In this document: piece after piece, positions 16,860-26,307 of the stretch
Layout of the letters: each line of letters starts with the position of its first letter
Numbering within the stretch: the first letter of the stretch is position 1
Source of the DNA: Candidatus Heimdallarchaeota archaeon
Lineage (GTDB): Archaea > Asgardarchaeota > Heimdallarchaeia > JABLTI01
DNA: 32,000 nucleotides
Direction: 5' to 3'
NCBI GenBank assembly: GCA_030614005.1
Contig: JAUWKS010000006.1
Location: forward strand, 30,001-62,000
The notes under the pieces: generated by a model
What the model saw: only the letters and a program-made list of their open reading frames with translations
Databases searched by the model: none
Told to the model about the DNA's origin: nothing
Program-made: the position numbers and the translations under genes

Positions 16860-18674
16860 CTAATATCGTTCGAAGAAAAATTCCCCACTTTCTCTTTGTT
16901 CACGATCAAGTCTACTACTATGCTTATTTATTCTTGCTCGACCTGTTTCAACATCTCGTCGAAAAGTGATATCAAGTGTTTTCAAAAATTCATTCATTCC
17001 GTCTCTCTTGCCAAAAGGACCCATGGTATAACCCCGAATGCCAGGTTCTCCTAAAAAGAGAAGAACTCTATCACCTAAAATATCTGCTATTTGCATATCG
17101 TGCTCAATAGCAATAACTGAAGCATTATACAAACTGGCAGCATTGCGAATAATTCTTGCAACTTTGATACGTTCTTCTACATCGAGAAAAGCTGCAGGTT
17201 CATCGATGAGATACAAGTCTGCTCTTTTCGTTAAACAGGCTGCAATATGGACTCTTTGAAGTTCCCCGCCACTTAATTCAGCAACTGGTTTATCAAACAA
17301 ATGTTCAATACCAAGAGGTCGATAGAAATTCTGTTTGAGTATTTTCTCACCAGTATATCTTCCAGCAAAATTCATTATGAATTCATCAACTGTGCCTTTA
17401 TAGTCTCGAGTGATAAACTGTGGTTTGTAAGAGACTTGAGCCATAACATTTGCTGAACCTCTATCTGGTTGTAAGATTCCAGCAAGCATTTTAACAAAAG
17501 TGGTCTTACCGATTCCATTCTCTCCCAAAATTACCAATGTTTCACCTTTGTATACTTCACCTGGTGAAACCTTCAAACGAAACTTGTCAAACTTTTTCCA
17601 CAAAGTAGTGAATTTAACATAGATTGGAACGTTAACCCATGTTCTTTCTTTAACAACTCTTTGGAAAGTAATTGCTTTACTACGAAAAGTTATGTTCTCT
17701 TCTTTTAATCTACCAGTGAGATAGGCATTTATTCCCGCCTTGACACTTTTTACACCTGAAACAACACCAAAAGCATGAGGTGTACCCCAGAGAGCTTGTA
17801 TTTGATCACTTAAATAATCGAGAATAGCAATGTCATGTTCTACAACTAAAATTGATTTGTTCTTCTTAGCTAATTTTCCGAATAACTTTGAAAGGTTGAG
17901 TCGTTGTTTAACATCAAGGAAATTTCCAGGTTCATCAATAAAATAAACGTCAGCATCTTTAGAAATTGCAACCGCTATTGAGAATCTTTGACGTTCCCCA
18001 CCACTGAGATGTTTAAACTTCTTTTCAAGCAAAGTTTCTAGTTGCAACTCTTTTATTAATTCCTTAGTATTTCCCAATTCTTCTTCTCTAAGAAGGACTT
18101 CATGAATAGTCTCTTTTTCCTGAAGATAATCAGTTAATACTTGCTCTTTGTAAGAAATTTTTATTTTACCTTTATTAAGAGAATTAAAGTATGAACGATG
18201 AAGTGAAAGGTCAAGTGTTGTGAACATGTCTTTCCAAGTTAAATCATCTCTTTCATATTCCCCGCCATTAGGGATTGTTTTTCCAGAAAGGATATTTAAT
18301 ACCGTGGTTTTTCCAATACCATTTGCACCAATTAATCCTACAACTTTTCCTTTGGGAAGAAATGGAAGACCATACAATCGGAAGGCATTTTCTCCATATT
18401 GATGGATCGGTTTTTCTTTTAATTCAACAGGTAAACCAACCATTGAAATTGCGTGGGTTGGACAAACATTAACACAAATCCCGCAGGCAATACATTTTTT
18501 GCTGTGAATTCTTGCCTTTTTATGAACTTTATCCGGATAGATAACTACTCTGCCTTTTTTATTTAGTGGGCAAATTTTCATACAAACATGACCACAAGTT
18601 GCTGGCTGACACCTATCCAAATCTACGATAGGTATTCTCGTTTTTGTTTGTTTTCCAGCAGTGCTTTTAGACAT
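16860..18674 (-). CDS. rli1: Ribosome recycling ATPase ABCE1/Rli1
   Basis: N-terminal Fe-S Cys motifs (CQPATCGHVCMKICP, CIACGICVNVCP); two NBDs (GANGIGKTT/LSGGE and GENGIGKTT/LSGGELQR); TFRRD hinge. Confidence 0.96.
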   Translation of the reverse strand: MSKSTAGKQTKTRIPIVDLDRCQPATCGHVCMKICPLNKKGRVVIYPDKVHKKARIHSKKCIACGICVNVCPTHAISMVGLPVELKEKPIHQYGENAFRLYGLPFLPKGKVVGLIGANGIGKTTVLNILSGKTIPNGGEYERDDLTWKDMFTTLDLSLHRSYFNSLNKGKIKISYKEQVLTDYLQEKETIHEVLLREEELGNTKELIKELQLETLLEKKFKHLSGGERQRFSIAVAISKDADVYFIDEPGNFLDVKQRLNLSKLFGKLAKKNKSILVVEHDIAILDYLSDQIQALWGTPHAFGVVSGVKSVKAGINAYLTGRLKEENITFRSKAITFQRVVKERTWVNVPIYVKFTTLWKKFDKFRLKVSPGEVYKGETLVILGENGIGKTTFVKMLAGILQPDRGSANVMAQVSYKPQFITRDYKGTVDEFIMNFAGRYTGEKILKQNFYRPLGIEHLFDKPVAELSGGELQRVHIAACLTKRADLYLIDEPAAFLDVEERIKVARIIRNAASLYNASVIAIEHDMQIADILGDRVLLFLGEPGIRGYTMGPFGKRDGMNEFLKTLDITFRRDVETGRARINKHSSRLDREQRESGEFFFERY

Positions 18675-18786
18675 GTTATTCGTCCTCCAAATAAAGAGCA
18701 GTGTAAATTTACATCTTTAGGAGATTTGAGTCTAATATTAAATGTAACGTATAAATTGTTAAAACTAAATTACTATTATATTATTT

Positions 18787-19252
18787 ATGTCATATAAATT
18801 AAGGTTGGCTACAGAGAAAGATATACCTTATTTAGTTAAGCTCAGAACTGAATTTCTTAGAGAGATACAAATAGATGCACCTGAAGAGAATGTTGCAAAT
18901 TATGAGGAAAAACTAAATAATTATTTTATAAAACAATATGGAGGAAGGAACTTTTCTTGCTTGGTTCGCTGAAAGTAATGATGAAATTATTGCTACAAGT
19001 GTTTTATCAATAATCGAAAAACCACCTCATTTGTGGAATTTTACTGGTCTTGAAGTTTACATCATGAATATGTATACGAAACCTGAATGGAGACGAAAAG
19101 GAATAGGTTCTGTACTACTGGAAAAACTGCTCGAAGAAGCAAAACAAAGGGGAATTCATCAAATTACTTTACATACTACTCCTGATGGCAAATTACTATA
19201 TGAGAAATTTGGTTTTAAGCAAGGACACCACGAAATGCATCTAAGTTTATAG
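18787..19252 (+). pseudogene. GNAT acetyltransferase split by a +1 frameshift (pseudogene, sequencing error or recoding)
   Basis: ORF 18787-18972 gives the GNAT N-terminus (LRLATEKDIPYLVKLR). ORF 18938-19252 gives the remainder (NMYTKPEWRRKGIG, LYEKFGF). Removing one A at 18930-18933 joins them into about 154 aa. Confidence 0.85.
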
Positions 19253-19264
19253 AAAAAGAAAGAG

Positions 19265-20185
19265 TTATTTCCTCGGAAACCAAGGAATAAACATTGAAAC
19301 CTTCGATTTATAGTTCTCATATTTTGGTCTCTTGGCGAGTTGCTTATTCTCAAGCATTGGAATACTAATGAAAATGAAGAGAATAACCATTGCAATAGGT
19401 CCTGAGACCGTCCACCACCAAGCTAGATTTGCTGCAAGGGCGAAAAAGAATAATCCCCACCAAAAACTAACTTCTCCAAAATAATTGGGGTGACGAGAAT
19501 ATTTCCACAAGCCGAGTGACATTACTTCATTTTTATCTTCATTCATTTTAAGGAATATTTTCATTTGTTCATCTGCAACAAATTCAACAAGTATTGCTCC
19601 TACAGCAATAACTAATCCAATTATATCTAGTGCATTGATGCTACTATCACTTAAAACCAATGCTGGGTAAAGAGCTAAACAACTTAGAAAGACAATTAAT
19701 GTTGGCATCATTTCTAAACCAGTGAAGGCAATGAACCAGAATAATTTTGGTTGTTCTTTACGGAATTTTACATAACGCCAATCTTCATGTTTTAATCCTT
19801 TCCAACCTCGAATCCAATTGAGGGTTAATCGAATTACATAGAAAGAAACTACACCAATAATTATTGCCTGTCTTATTGGATTGGCATTAGCTGCTTCTGG
19901 TAAAAATACCCAATAAACAACAATTATCAATGGTTGTATGCTCCAATATGGATCATAAAAACTAACATTATTGAATATAACACTGAAAATGAAAATCACT
20001 ATCGTTGCGCCAATATCTGCGATAAGAGTAATCCAAATGGGGTGCATTAAATCCGTTAAAGCATATCCTATACCAAATGCTGCGCCACCTGCAAGGATAT
20101 ACGAAAAAATCACTAAAATAAAAGCGAGTCCTAATTTTCCCTTAGTAGGTTGTACAGCTTCTTCTATAGTTGCTACTTGTGTCAT
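19265..20185 (-). CDS. DUF1295 family membrane protein (steroid 5-alpha-reductase/ICMT-like fold)
   Basis: YDPYWS, EDWRY, ADEQM, GLWKYSRHPNYFGE and SMFIPW motifs. Confidence 0.9.
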   Translation of the reverse strand: MTQVATIEEAVQPTKGKLGLAFILVIFSYILAGGAAFGIGYALTDLMHPIWITLIADIGATIVIFIFSVIFNNVSFYDPYWSIQPLIIVVYWVFLPEAANANPIRQAIIIGVVSFYVIRLTLNWIRGWKGLKHEDWRYVKFRKEQPKLFWFIAFTGLEMMPTLIVFLSCLALYPALVLSDSSINALDIIGLVIAVGAILVEFVADEQMKIFLKMNEDKNEVMSLGLWKYSRHPNYFGEVSFWWGLFFFALAANLAWWWTVSGPIAMVILFIFISIPMLENKQLAKRPKYENYKSKVSMFIPWFPRK

Positions 20186-20343
20186 AGTTGTGAAATTTCT
20201 TCTGTTTATTGATACTATTGCTGGAAATCTTCTGATTGGTATTTATCCAAGTTTTAAAAAATGTTTCGAGTGATTCAAACGCTTTTTGTTTTACAGTAAG
20301 TAATGAGAAATTATTTTTAAACTGAGCTAGTAATTTAACATCA

Positions 20344-21252
20344 ATGACTCAAAATTTTTCATCAAAATGGAGTGTTCCAGCTCATATCACAGGTTTGTTT
20401 CAAATAGTTGAGAATGAAAACCCGCTAGAGATGGGTTCTCGTGGTGCTGGTTTCTCGATAAACAATCCAGTTATTACTCAAACTGAATTTCGTTTATCAA
20501 ATGAGGGTTCACTCAAAGTACTTTTTAATGATATTCTTATTGATGGAAAAGTTAGTGCTCAAGTAGCGAGTTCTTTTGATGAATACTGGAAAGATAAAGA
20601 ATTAATTCTTCACCATTCAAGTCAACTTCCAATTGAAGCAGGTTTTGGCTCTAGTGGTGCTGGTGCTTTAGGTGCAGCATTTGCTTTGAATGAATTATTC
20701 AATGCTAAGAAATCCAAAGAGGAATTGGGTCAAATTGCTCATCAAGCTGAAGTTAATTGCCGAACTGGATTAGGTGATGTCATTGCCCAATATCACGGTT
20801 TAGCAGAGATTAGATTAGAACCCGGGGCACCAGGTATTGGTGTAATTAAACAGCTCGAATGGCCTGATGAACGCAAAATTCTATCAATATTTCTTGGGAC
20901 AATGTCAACGAAGGAAGTTATCACAAGCAAATCACATATCGAAATGATAAATCAAACTTCTGAACCATTACTGAAAGAGTTACATAACACACCGACTGTG
21001 GATAAGTTTGTAGATTTAAGTTACAAATTCTCAAAAAAAGTGGGTTTAATGAGTGAGAAAATTGAAACACTTGTTGAGGAACTTCGTGCGTATGGGTATT
21101 CTTCAAGCATGATTATGATTGGTGAATCTGTATTTGTTGTTGGTTCTAACGATGAATTAAAAGACTGCACAGTTTTTCTTAAGAAACAATATCCAAATGC
21201 ACAGTTTTGGATAAACTCAATAGCTTTAACTGGACCAATTATAGTTAAGTAA
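20344..21252 (+). CDS. pok: Pantoate kinase (GHMP family)
   Basis: VPAHITGLFQ, GSRGAG, LPIEAGFGSSGAGAL, AHQAEV and TGLGDV motifs; first gene of the CoA cluster. Confidence 0.92.
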   Translation: MTQNFSSKWSVPAHITGLFQIVENENPLEMGSRGAGFSINNPVITQTEFRLSNEGSLKVLFNDILIDGKVSAQVASSFDEYWKDKELILHHSSQLPIEAGFGSSGAGALGAAFALNELFNAKKSKEELGQIAHQAEVNCRTGLGDVIAQYHGLAEIRLEPGAPGIGVIKQLEWPDERKILSIFLGTMSTKEVITSKSHIEMINQTSEPLLKELHNTPTVDKFVDLSYKFSKKVGLMSEKIETLVEELRAYGYSSSMIMIGESVFVVGSNDELKDCTVFLKKQYPNAQFWINSIALTGPIIVK

Positions 21253-21288
21253 ATAATGTATAAATCTAAATAAAAATAGGTGATAGTT

Positions 21289-22068
21289 ATGACGGAAATT
21301 CCTCCTGATCATCCTCGGTATTTATCTTTAAAGGAAAGACATGGAATCATTGATGGGATGCATCAAAAGATTGTTGCAGAGGCAGGATTGATCGCTCACG
21401 GAAGAGGCGAAGCTTTTGATTATCTACTTGGTGAAAAAACACCAGATTATGCTTTAGAACAAGAGAAAGCTGCAGTTGCTCATCTACTACTAGCAAAAAA
21501 TTCTGTTATATCCATAAATGGCAATGTAGCTATTCTCTGTCCAGACTCGCTTGTTCAATTGGCTGAAGAAACAGGTGCAAAATTAGAAGTAAATCTCTTC
21601 TATCGTACTGTTGAGCGAGAACAGAACATTAAGCAAATATTACTCGATGCTGGTGCTAAAGAAATTCTTGGAGTAGAATTAGGAGAAACTGCAGCGACGA
21701 TACCTGAAATAACTCATAACCGAAGAATAGTTGATCCTGAAGGAATTTTCAAAGCAGATGTTGTTTTCGTCCCGTTAGAAGATGGGGACAGAACAATGGC
21801 TTTGCGAAAAATGGGTAAAATCGTTCTCTGTGTAGACCTCAACCCGCTGTCGAGAACTTCTGTATGGAGCAATGTTACGATTGTTAATCACGTACGAAGA
21901 GCTGCTCAAGAGATGGTTGATATCGCAAAAGAGCTAAAAAACCTCTCACGTGAGAAACTGAGCGAAATACTTGATAATTACGATAACAATAGCATGTTAA
22001 AAGACAGTGTTAAATATATGGCTGAAAGACTTTTAACACTCTCACAAGAGAAATTACAGGAGGGTTAG
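21289..22068 (+). CDS. pps: 4-phosphopantoate--beta-alanine ligase (phosphopantothenate synthetase)
   Basis: IPPDHPRYLSL, IAHGRGEAFDYLLGE, VPLEDGDR and DLNPLSRT motifs. ATG 21289 follows an AGGTGA SD. Confidence 0.95.
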   Translation: MTEIPPDHPRYLSLKERHGIIDGMHQKIVAEAGLIAHGRGEAFDYLLGEKTPDYALEQEKAAVAHLLLAKNSVISINGNVAILCPDSLVQLAEETGAKLEVNLFYRTVEREQNIKQILLDAGAKEILGVELGETAATIPEITHNRRIVDPEGIFKADVVFVPLEDGDRTMALRKMGKIVLCVDLNPLSRTSVWSNVTIVNHVRRAAQEMVDIAKELKNLSREKLSEILDNYDNNSMLKDSVKYMAERLLTLSQEKLQEG

Positions 22069-22070
22069 CA

Positions 22071-22886
22071 TTGCCCAAATTAACTGCATTTGATATTCAA
22101 AAAATGAAACAAGAAGGCAAAAAGATTACTATGCTAACAGCATATGATTATAGTTTAGCTTCAATTTTTGATGAGGCGAAAATTGATATTCTGCTTATAG
22201 GCGATTCGATGGGTCAAGCAATTTACGGTGCTTCCACAACTTTAGAAGTAACTTTGAATATGACCATTCGTCATACCCAAGCAGTCGCTCGTGGTGCGGT
22301 TAATTATAGTTTAATCATCGCAGATATGCCATTTTTGAGTTTTGGTCTAACAGTTGACGAGACTGTTGCAAATGCTGGTAGACTGATCAAAGAAGGTCAT
22401 GCCGAAGCTGTCAAGCTTGAGGGGTCGAGTGATAATCGAATTAAAGAAATTGAAGCAATGGTTGATATTGGCATTCCAGTTCAAGGCCATATTGGTTTAA
22501 TCCCTCAATCTGCTTACAAACTTGGAGGTTATAAAGTCCAAGGGAAAAACGAGTCCTATTTCTCTGAAGAGCAATTATTATCTGATGCCAAGCGTTTAGA
22601 AGCGGCAGGTTGTTTCTCTATTATTTTGGAAGCAATACCATTAGCTGTTGCTAAGAAAATTACTGAGAGCATTTCAATACCTACAATCGGGATAGGTGCT
22701 GGTCCAAATTGTGATGGACAGGTACTCGTTTGTTATGATATGTTAGGTTGTACATCAGGTCACAAACCTAAATTTGTTAAACAATACGTTAACCTCCATC
22801 AAATAATATTAGATGCAGTCAACAAATATGCGAAAGAAGTCAAAGATGGTTCTTACCCATCTTTAGAACATTCTTACGAGGGATAA
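22071..22886 (+). CDS. panB: 3-methyl-2-oxobutanoate hydroxymethyltransferase
   Basis: MLTAYD, IGDSMG, ADMPF, VKLEG, GHIGLIPQ and IGIGAG motifs; TTG start. Confidence 0.96.
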   Translation: MPKLTAFDIQKMKQEGKKITMLTAYDYSLASIFDEAKIDILLIGDSMGQAIYGASTTLEVTLNMTIRHTQAVARGAVNYSLIIADMPFLSFGLTVDETVANAGRLIKEGHAEAVKLEGSSDNRIKEIEAMVDIGIPVQGHIGLIPQSAYKLGGYKVQGKNESYFSEEQLLSDAKRLEAAGCFSIILEAIPLAVAKKITESISIPTIGIGAGPNCDGQVLVCYDMLGCTSGHKPKFVKQYVNLHQIILDAVNKYAKEVKDGSYPSLEHSYEG

Positions 22887-22890
22887 AAAA

Positions 22891-23826
22891 ATGTTTCTTG
22901 TAATGGGAAGTGGCAGTGTAGGTAGTTTAATTGGTGGACTTCTTACACGTGAAGGTTACAATGTTTTTATGATTGGTCGAGAACCTCATATAACAATTAC
23001 TGGAGCAAGCGGCCTCAAAATCCAAGGTTTAATTGACAAAAAAATACAGCCTATTAATGCCGGTACTTTTGATTATATATACCCGATAGTAGAAATGCTG
23101 AATGATGAAATCAATTACATTATATTTACAACAAAAGCACATCAAACAAGGCAAGCTGCAGAAGAAATATTACCTATTGTATGTAGGCACACAACAGTTG
23201 TTTCAATTCAAAATGGTGTTGGCACTGAAGAAATTTTACAGGAATTATATCCTGATAATCTAGTTTTACGAGGTGTAACCTCTATAGGTGTCAGCAGACC
23301 TAAACCAGGTGTAGTTGAATATTCAGGTAAAGGGATAACCCAAATTGGTTATGCAAATATTGAGGAGAAAGAAAAAGCGAACCAATTAGTACAAGCATTA
23401 AGTAACTCTGGTTTAGAGTCCGAATTGGAAAACAATATTCAAGGAGCAGTTTTTACAAAAACAATTGTTAATTGTGCATTGAATCCTTTAGCCGCTATTC
23501 ATCAAGTCAAAAATATTGAAATATACAAGCAAAAGAAGCTTAGAGAAAAAGCAACCGCTTTAGCAAACGAAGCCTGGGCTGTGACCAAAAAACTTGGAAT
23601 AAAATTACTGGTGGAAGATCCTGTTGAATATGCGATGTCTGTTATTAAGAATACAGGAGAAAATATCAATTCGATGTTATCTGACGTTCGCAATAAAAAG
23701 AAAACAGAAATCGACTTCATAACAGGGAAAATAGTTTCTTTCGCAGATCAATTAGATATTACTGTGCCACATAATAAAGAAGTATACAAAGAAATACTTG
23801 CACTTGAACGTTCATACACAAAATAA
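22891..23826 (+). CDS. panE: Ketopantoate reductase
   Basis: GSGSVG Rossmann motif, TTKAHQ, SIQNGVG, NCALNP, NINSML and TEIDFITG motifs. Confidence 0.93.
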   Translation: MFLVMGSGSVGSLIGGLLTREGYNVFMIGREPHITITGASGLKIQGLIDKKIQPINAGTFDYIYPIVEMLNDEINYIIFTTKAHQTRQAAEEILPIVCRHTTVVSIQNGVGTEEILQELYPDNLVLRGVTSIGVSRPKPGVVEYSGKGITQIGYANIEEKEKANQLVQALSNSGLESELENNIQGAVFTKTIVNCALNPLAAIHQVKNIEIYKQKKLREKATALANEAWAVTKKLGIKLLVEDPVEYAMSVIKNTGENINSMLSDVRNKKKTEIDFITGKIVSFADQLDITVPHNKEVYKEILALERSYTK

Positions 23827-23849
23827 TACCACAAAGAGGAAAAATTCAA

Positions 23850-25019
23850 ATGGAAAAATCAGTTTCTGATATAGACCAAAATACGATTTTAAAAGAGCTA
23901 AAGAAAAGGTTAGCCTTCGAAAAATCTTACAGTAAGGTGCTTAGCTCTATGTGCACACCTCCTCTTGAAATTTCTCGTAAAATTTCTGCTGAATATGCAG
24001 AGATAAATTTAGGTGATCCTGGGCTTTTCCCAGAAACTAAACAGATGGAATTAGAAGCTCTAAATAGTATTGCTGAAATCCTACAAGCCCCAATGGGTTG
24101 GACAGGTTCAATTACTTCTGGTGGAAGTGAGTCAAATTTATTGGGCTGTTGGACAGCACGTAATTGGAGTAAAAAAACAAAAGGAATAAAAAATGGCACT
24201 CTACTTTTACCTGAATCAGCACATGCTTCATTTGAGAAATCAATAGATATTCTCAACTTAAAATCGAAATGGATACCTCTTACTTCGGAAAATAAACTCA
24301 ATTTAGAGTTACTAAAAGAAGAGCTTAATGAAACCACGGTCGGAATAGTTGGCATTGCAGGCGCAACTGGAACAGGTGCATGTGATGACATTAAAGCTCT
24401 AAGTGAAATAGCTCAAGATTCAAATACCTATTTGCATGTAGATGCAGCTCATGGTGGAATGATTTTTCCCTATTTGAAAGATATTGGCAGAGAAGCTCCG
24501 GTATTTGATTTTCAGCTTGAAGGTGTATGCAGTATAACTATAGATACCCATAAAATAATGGGTGGTTTGATTCCAGGAGGTAGTATAATTTATCGTTCAA
24601 GTGAATTTTCAAAAACAATTGCTAAGGGCATAACTTACTTGTCTGATTCAACAACAAAACAAATAACGATTACCGGAACACGACCTGGAAATTCTGTCAT
24701 TGCTTTGTGGGTTTTGTTAAAATATTACGGAAAGGAATTTATGATAGATAGAGTCAAGAAAAGTTTTGTATTAACTGATTACACAGCAGAGAAATTACGT
24801 GGAATTTCTTCAATAAGTTTAACTTTTGACCCAACAATAAATATTATTGGATTTACTAATACTAAACTGTCCAATGAAAATCTTGTTGCGAAGCTAAAAG
24901 AATTTGGCTGGGACCTTTCGATCTATTCAAATTGGACTCGAATGGTTATAATGCCACACTTTTCAATAGAAATGATTGATAAGTTCATTAAAGATTTAGA
25001 AAATGTTCTCAAGGAGTAA
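23850..25019 (+). CDS. mfnA: MfnA-like group II PLP decarboxylase, probably an aspartate 1-decarboxylase supplying beta-alanine
   Basis: LSSMCT, NLGDPGLF, TSGGSESN, HVDAAHGG, DTHK (PLP lysine) and TGTRPG motifs; located inside the CoA operon. Confidence 0.88.
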   Translation: MEKSVSDIDQNTILKELKKRLAFEKSYSKVLSSMCTPPLEISRKISAEYAEINLGDPGLFPETKQMELEALNSIAEILQAPMGWTGSITSGGSESNLLGCWTARNWSKKTKGIKNGTLLLPESAHASFEKSIDILNLKSKWIPLTSENKLNLELLKEELNETTVGIVGIAGATGTGACDDIKALSEIAQDSNTYLHVDAAHGGMIFPYLKDIGREAPVFDFQLEGVCSITIDTHKIMGGLIPGGSIIYRSSEFSKTIAKGITYLSDSTTKQITITGTRPGNSVIALWVLLKYYGKEFMIDRVKKSFVLTDYTAEKLRGISSISLTFDPTINIIGFTNTKLSNENLVAKLKEFGWDLSIYSNWTRMVIMPHFSIEMIDKFIKDLENVLKE

Positions 25020-25028
25020 GTAATTCAA

Positions 25029-26279
25029 ATGACGAAATTTAAGCCTTCAATTCATAGTTCAAAACTGGAAATTACTGGTTCACAATCTAATCTCTTAGAA
25101 GGAAAAAGAATAGTTATTGGATTAACTGGAAGTGTTGCTGTCGTAGAAACGGTTCATCTTGCTAGGCTACTAATGAGAAATGGCGCAGAAGTTTTTACAA
25201 CAATGACCAAAGCAGCTATCGAGCTTGTTCATCCGAATTTAATTGAATGGGCAACTGGAAATCCTGTGATAACTGAATTAACAGGTCAAATTGAACATGT
25301 TCATCTTTGTGGGGAGCATCCCGACAAAGCTGATTTACTGCTAATTGCCCCTTCAACTGCGAACACAATTGGTAAAATTGCTGGTGGCATAGATGATACT
25401 GTAGTAACAACTTTCGCTACTACTGCTTTTGGTACTGGAATACCACTCGCGATTGTACCTGCTATGCATTCAACTATGTATGATAACCCAATTGTTATTG
25501 ATAATATTAAAAAACTAAAGAAACTTGGAGTTACTTTTATTGGTCCAAGAATAGAAGAGGGTAAAGCAAAGATTGCTACAAATGAAGAGATCCTTCAGAA
25601 TATAATTACTATTTTAACTAAAAAAAAAGATTACAAGGGTAAAAGAATAGTCGTTACTGCTGGTCCAACTCGTGCCTGGATAGATGACATACGATTTATT
25701 ACTAATCCTAGTAGCGGCAGAATGGGAATAGAAATTGCTCTGGAAGCAGCAAGTAGAGGTGCAGAAGTAACACTTCTTCTAGGTCCAACATCTCTAATAG
25801 TTTCTAACAAGAACATCAACATTATTTCTATTGAAACTGTAGATGACCTAGTGTCAGAAATTAAAAAAATGAAAGAAATAGATGCCTTCATTTCTGCAGC
25901 AGCAATTGGTGATTATCAAGTTGAGAAAGAAGGTGGAAAAATTCCATCGCTAAAAAATGACCTAAATCTGAAGCTTTCTCCTTCACAAAAAATAATTGAC
26001 CTAGTTCGTAAGAAATACCCAAAAATCAAGATTGTAGGTTTCAAAGCAGAAGTAGATATCTCTGAAAAAGAATTAATTTCTCGTGCAGTAAAAAGTATGA
26101 AGAAAAACAATCTAGATTTAGTGGTTGCTAATTTAGTCAATAAACCTCAGCAAGGTTTTGGAACAGCGACAAATGCTGTAGCAATAATAAAGAAAGATTC
26201 AAGTTTTGAGAATATAGCTTTGACTTCAAAGAGATTAATTGCTAAGTATATACTAGATAAAATGCAGTCTCAAAAATGA
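25029..26279 (+). CDS. coaBC: Bifunctional phosphopantothenoylcysteine decarboxylase/synthetase
   Basis: LTGSVA, APSTANTIGKIAGGIDD, PAMH, TAGPT, IRFITNPSSGRMG, AAIGDY, GFKAE and VVAN motifs. Confidence 0.96.
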   Translation: MTKFKPSIHSSKLEITGSQSNLLEGKRIVIGLTGSVAVVETVHLARLLMRNGAEVFTTMTKAAIELVHPNLIEWATGNPVITELTGQIEHVHLCGEHPDKADLLLIAPSTANTIGKIAGGIDDTVVTTFATTAFGTGIPLAIVPAMHSTMYDNPIVIDNIKKLKKLGVTFIGPRIEEGKAKIATNEEILQNIITILTKKKDYKGKRIVVTAGPTRAWIDDIRFITNPSSGRMGIEIALEAASRGAEVTLLLGPTSLIVSNKNINIISIETVDDLVSEIKKMKEIDAFISAAAIGDYQVEKEGGKIPSLKNDLNLKLSPSQKIIDLVRKKYPKIKIVGFKAEVDISEKELISRAVKSMKKNNLDLVVANLVNKPQQGFGTATNAVAIIKKDSSFENIALTSKRLIAKYILDKMQSQK

Positions 26280-26307
26280 AGCTAATATGAAGTAAATTGG
26301 TGTTCTG

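Noticed and set aside
18702-18713. 12-bp palindrome TGTAAATTTACA between ABCE1 and the GNAT gene, and 10-bp TGATATATCA at 195-204
   Set aside because: AT-rich, single-copy and plausible by chance; no further support.
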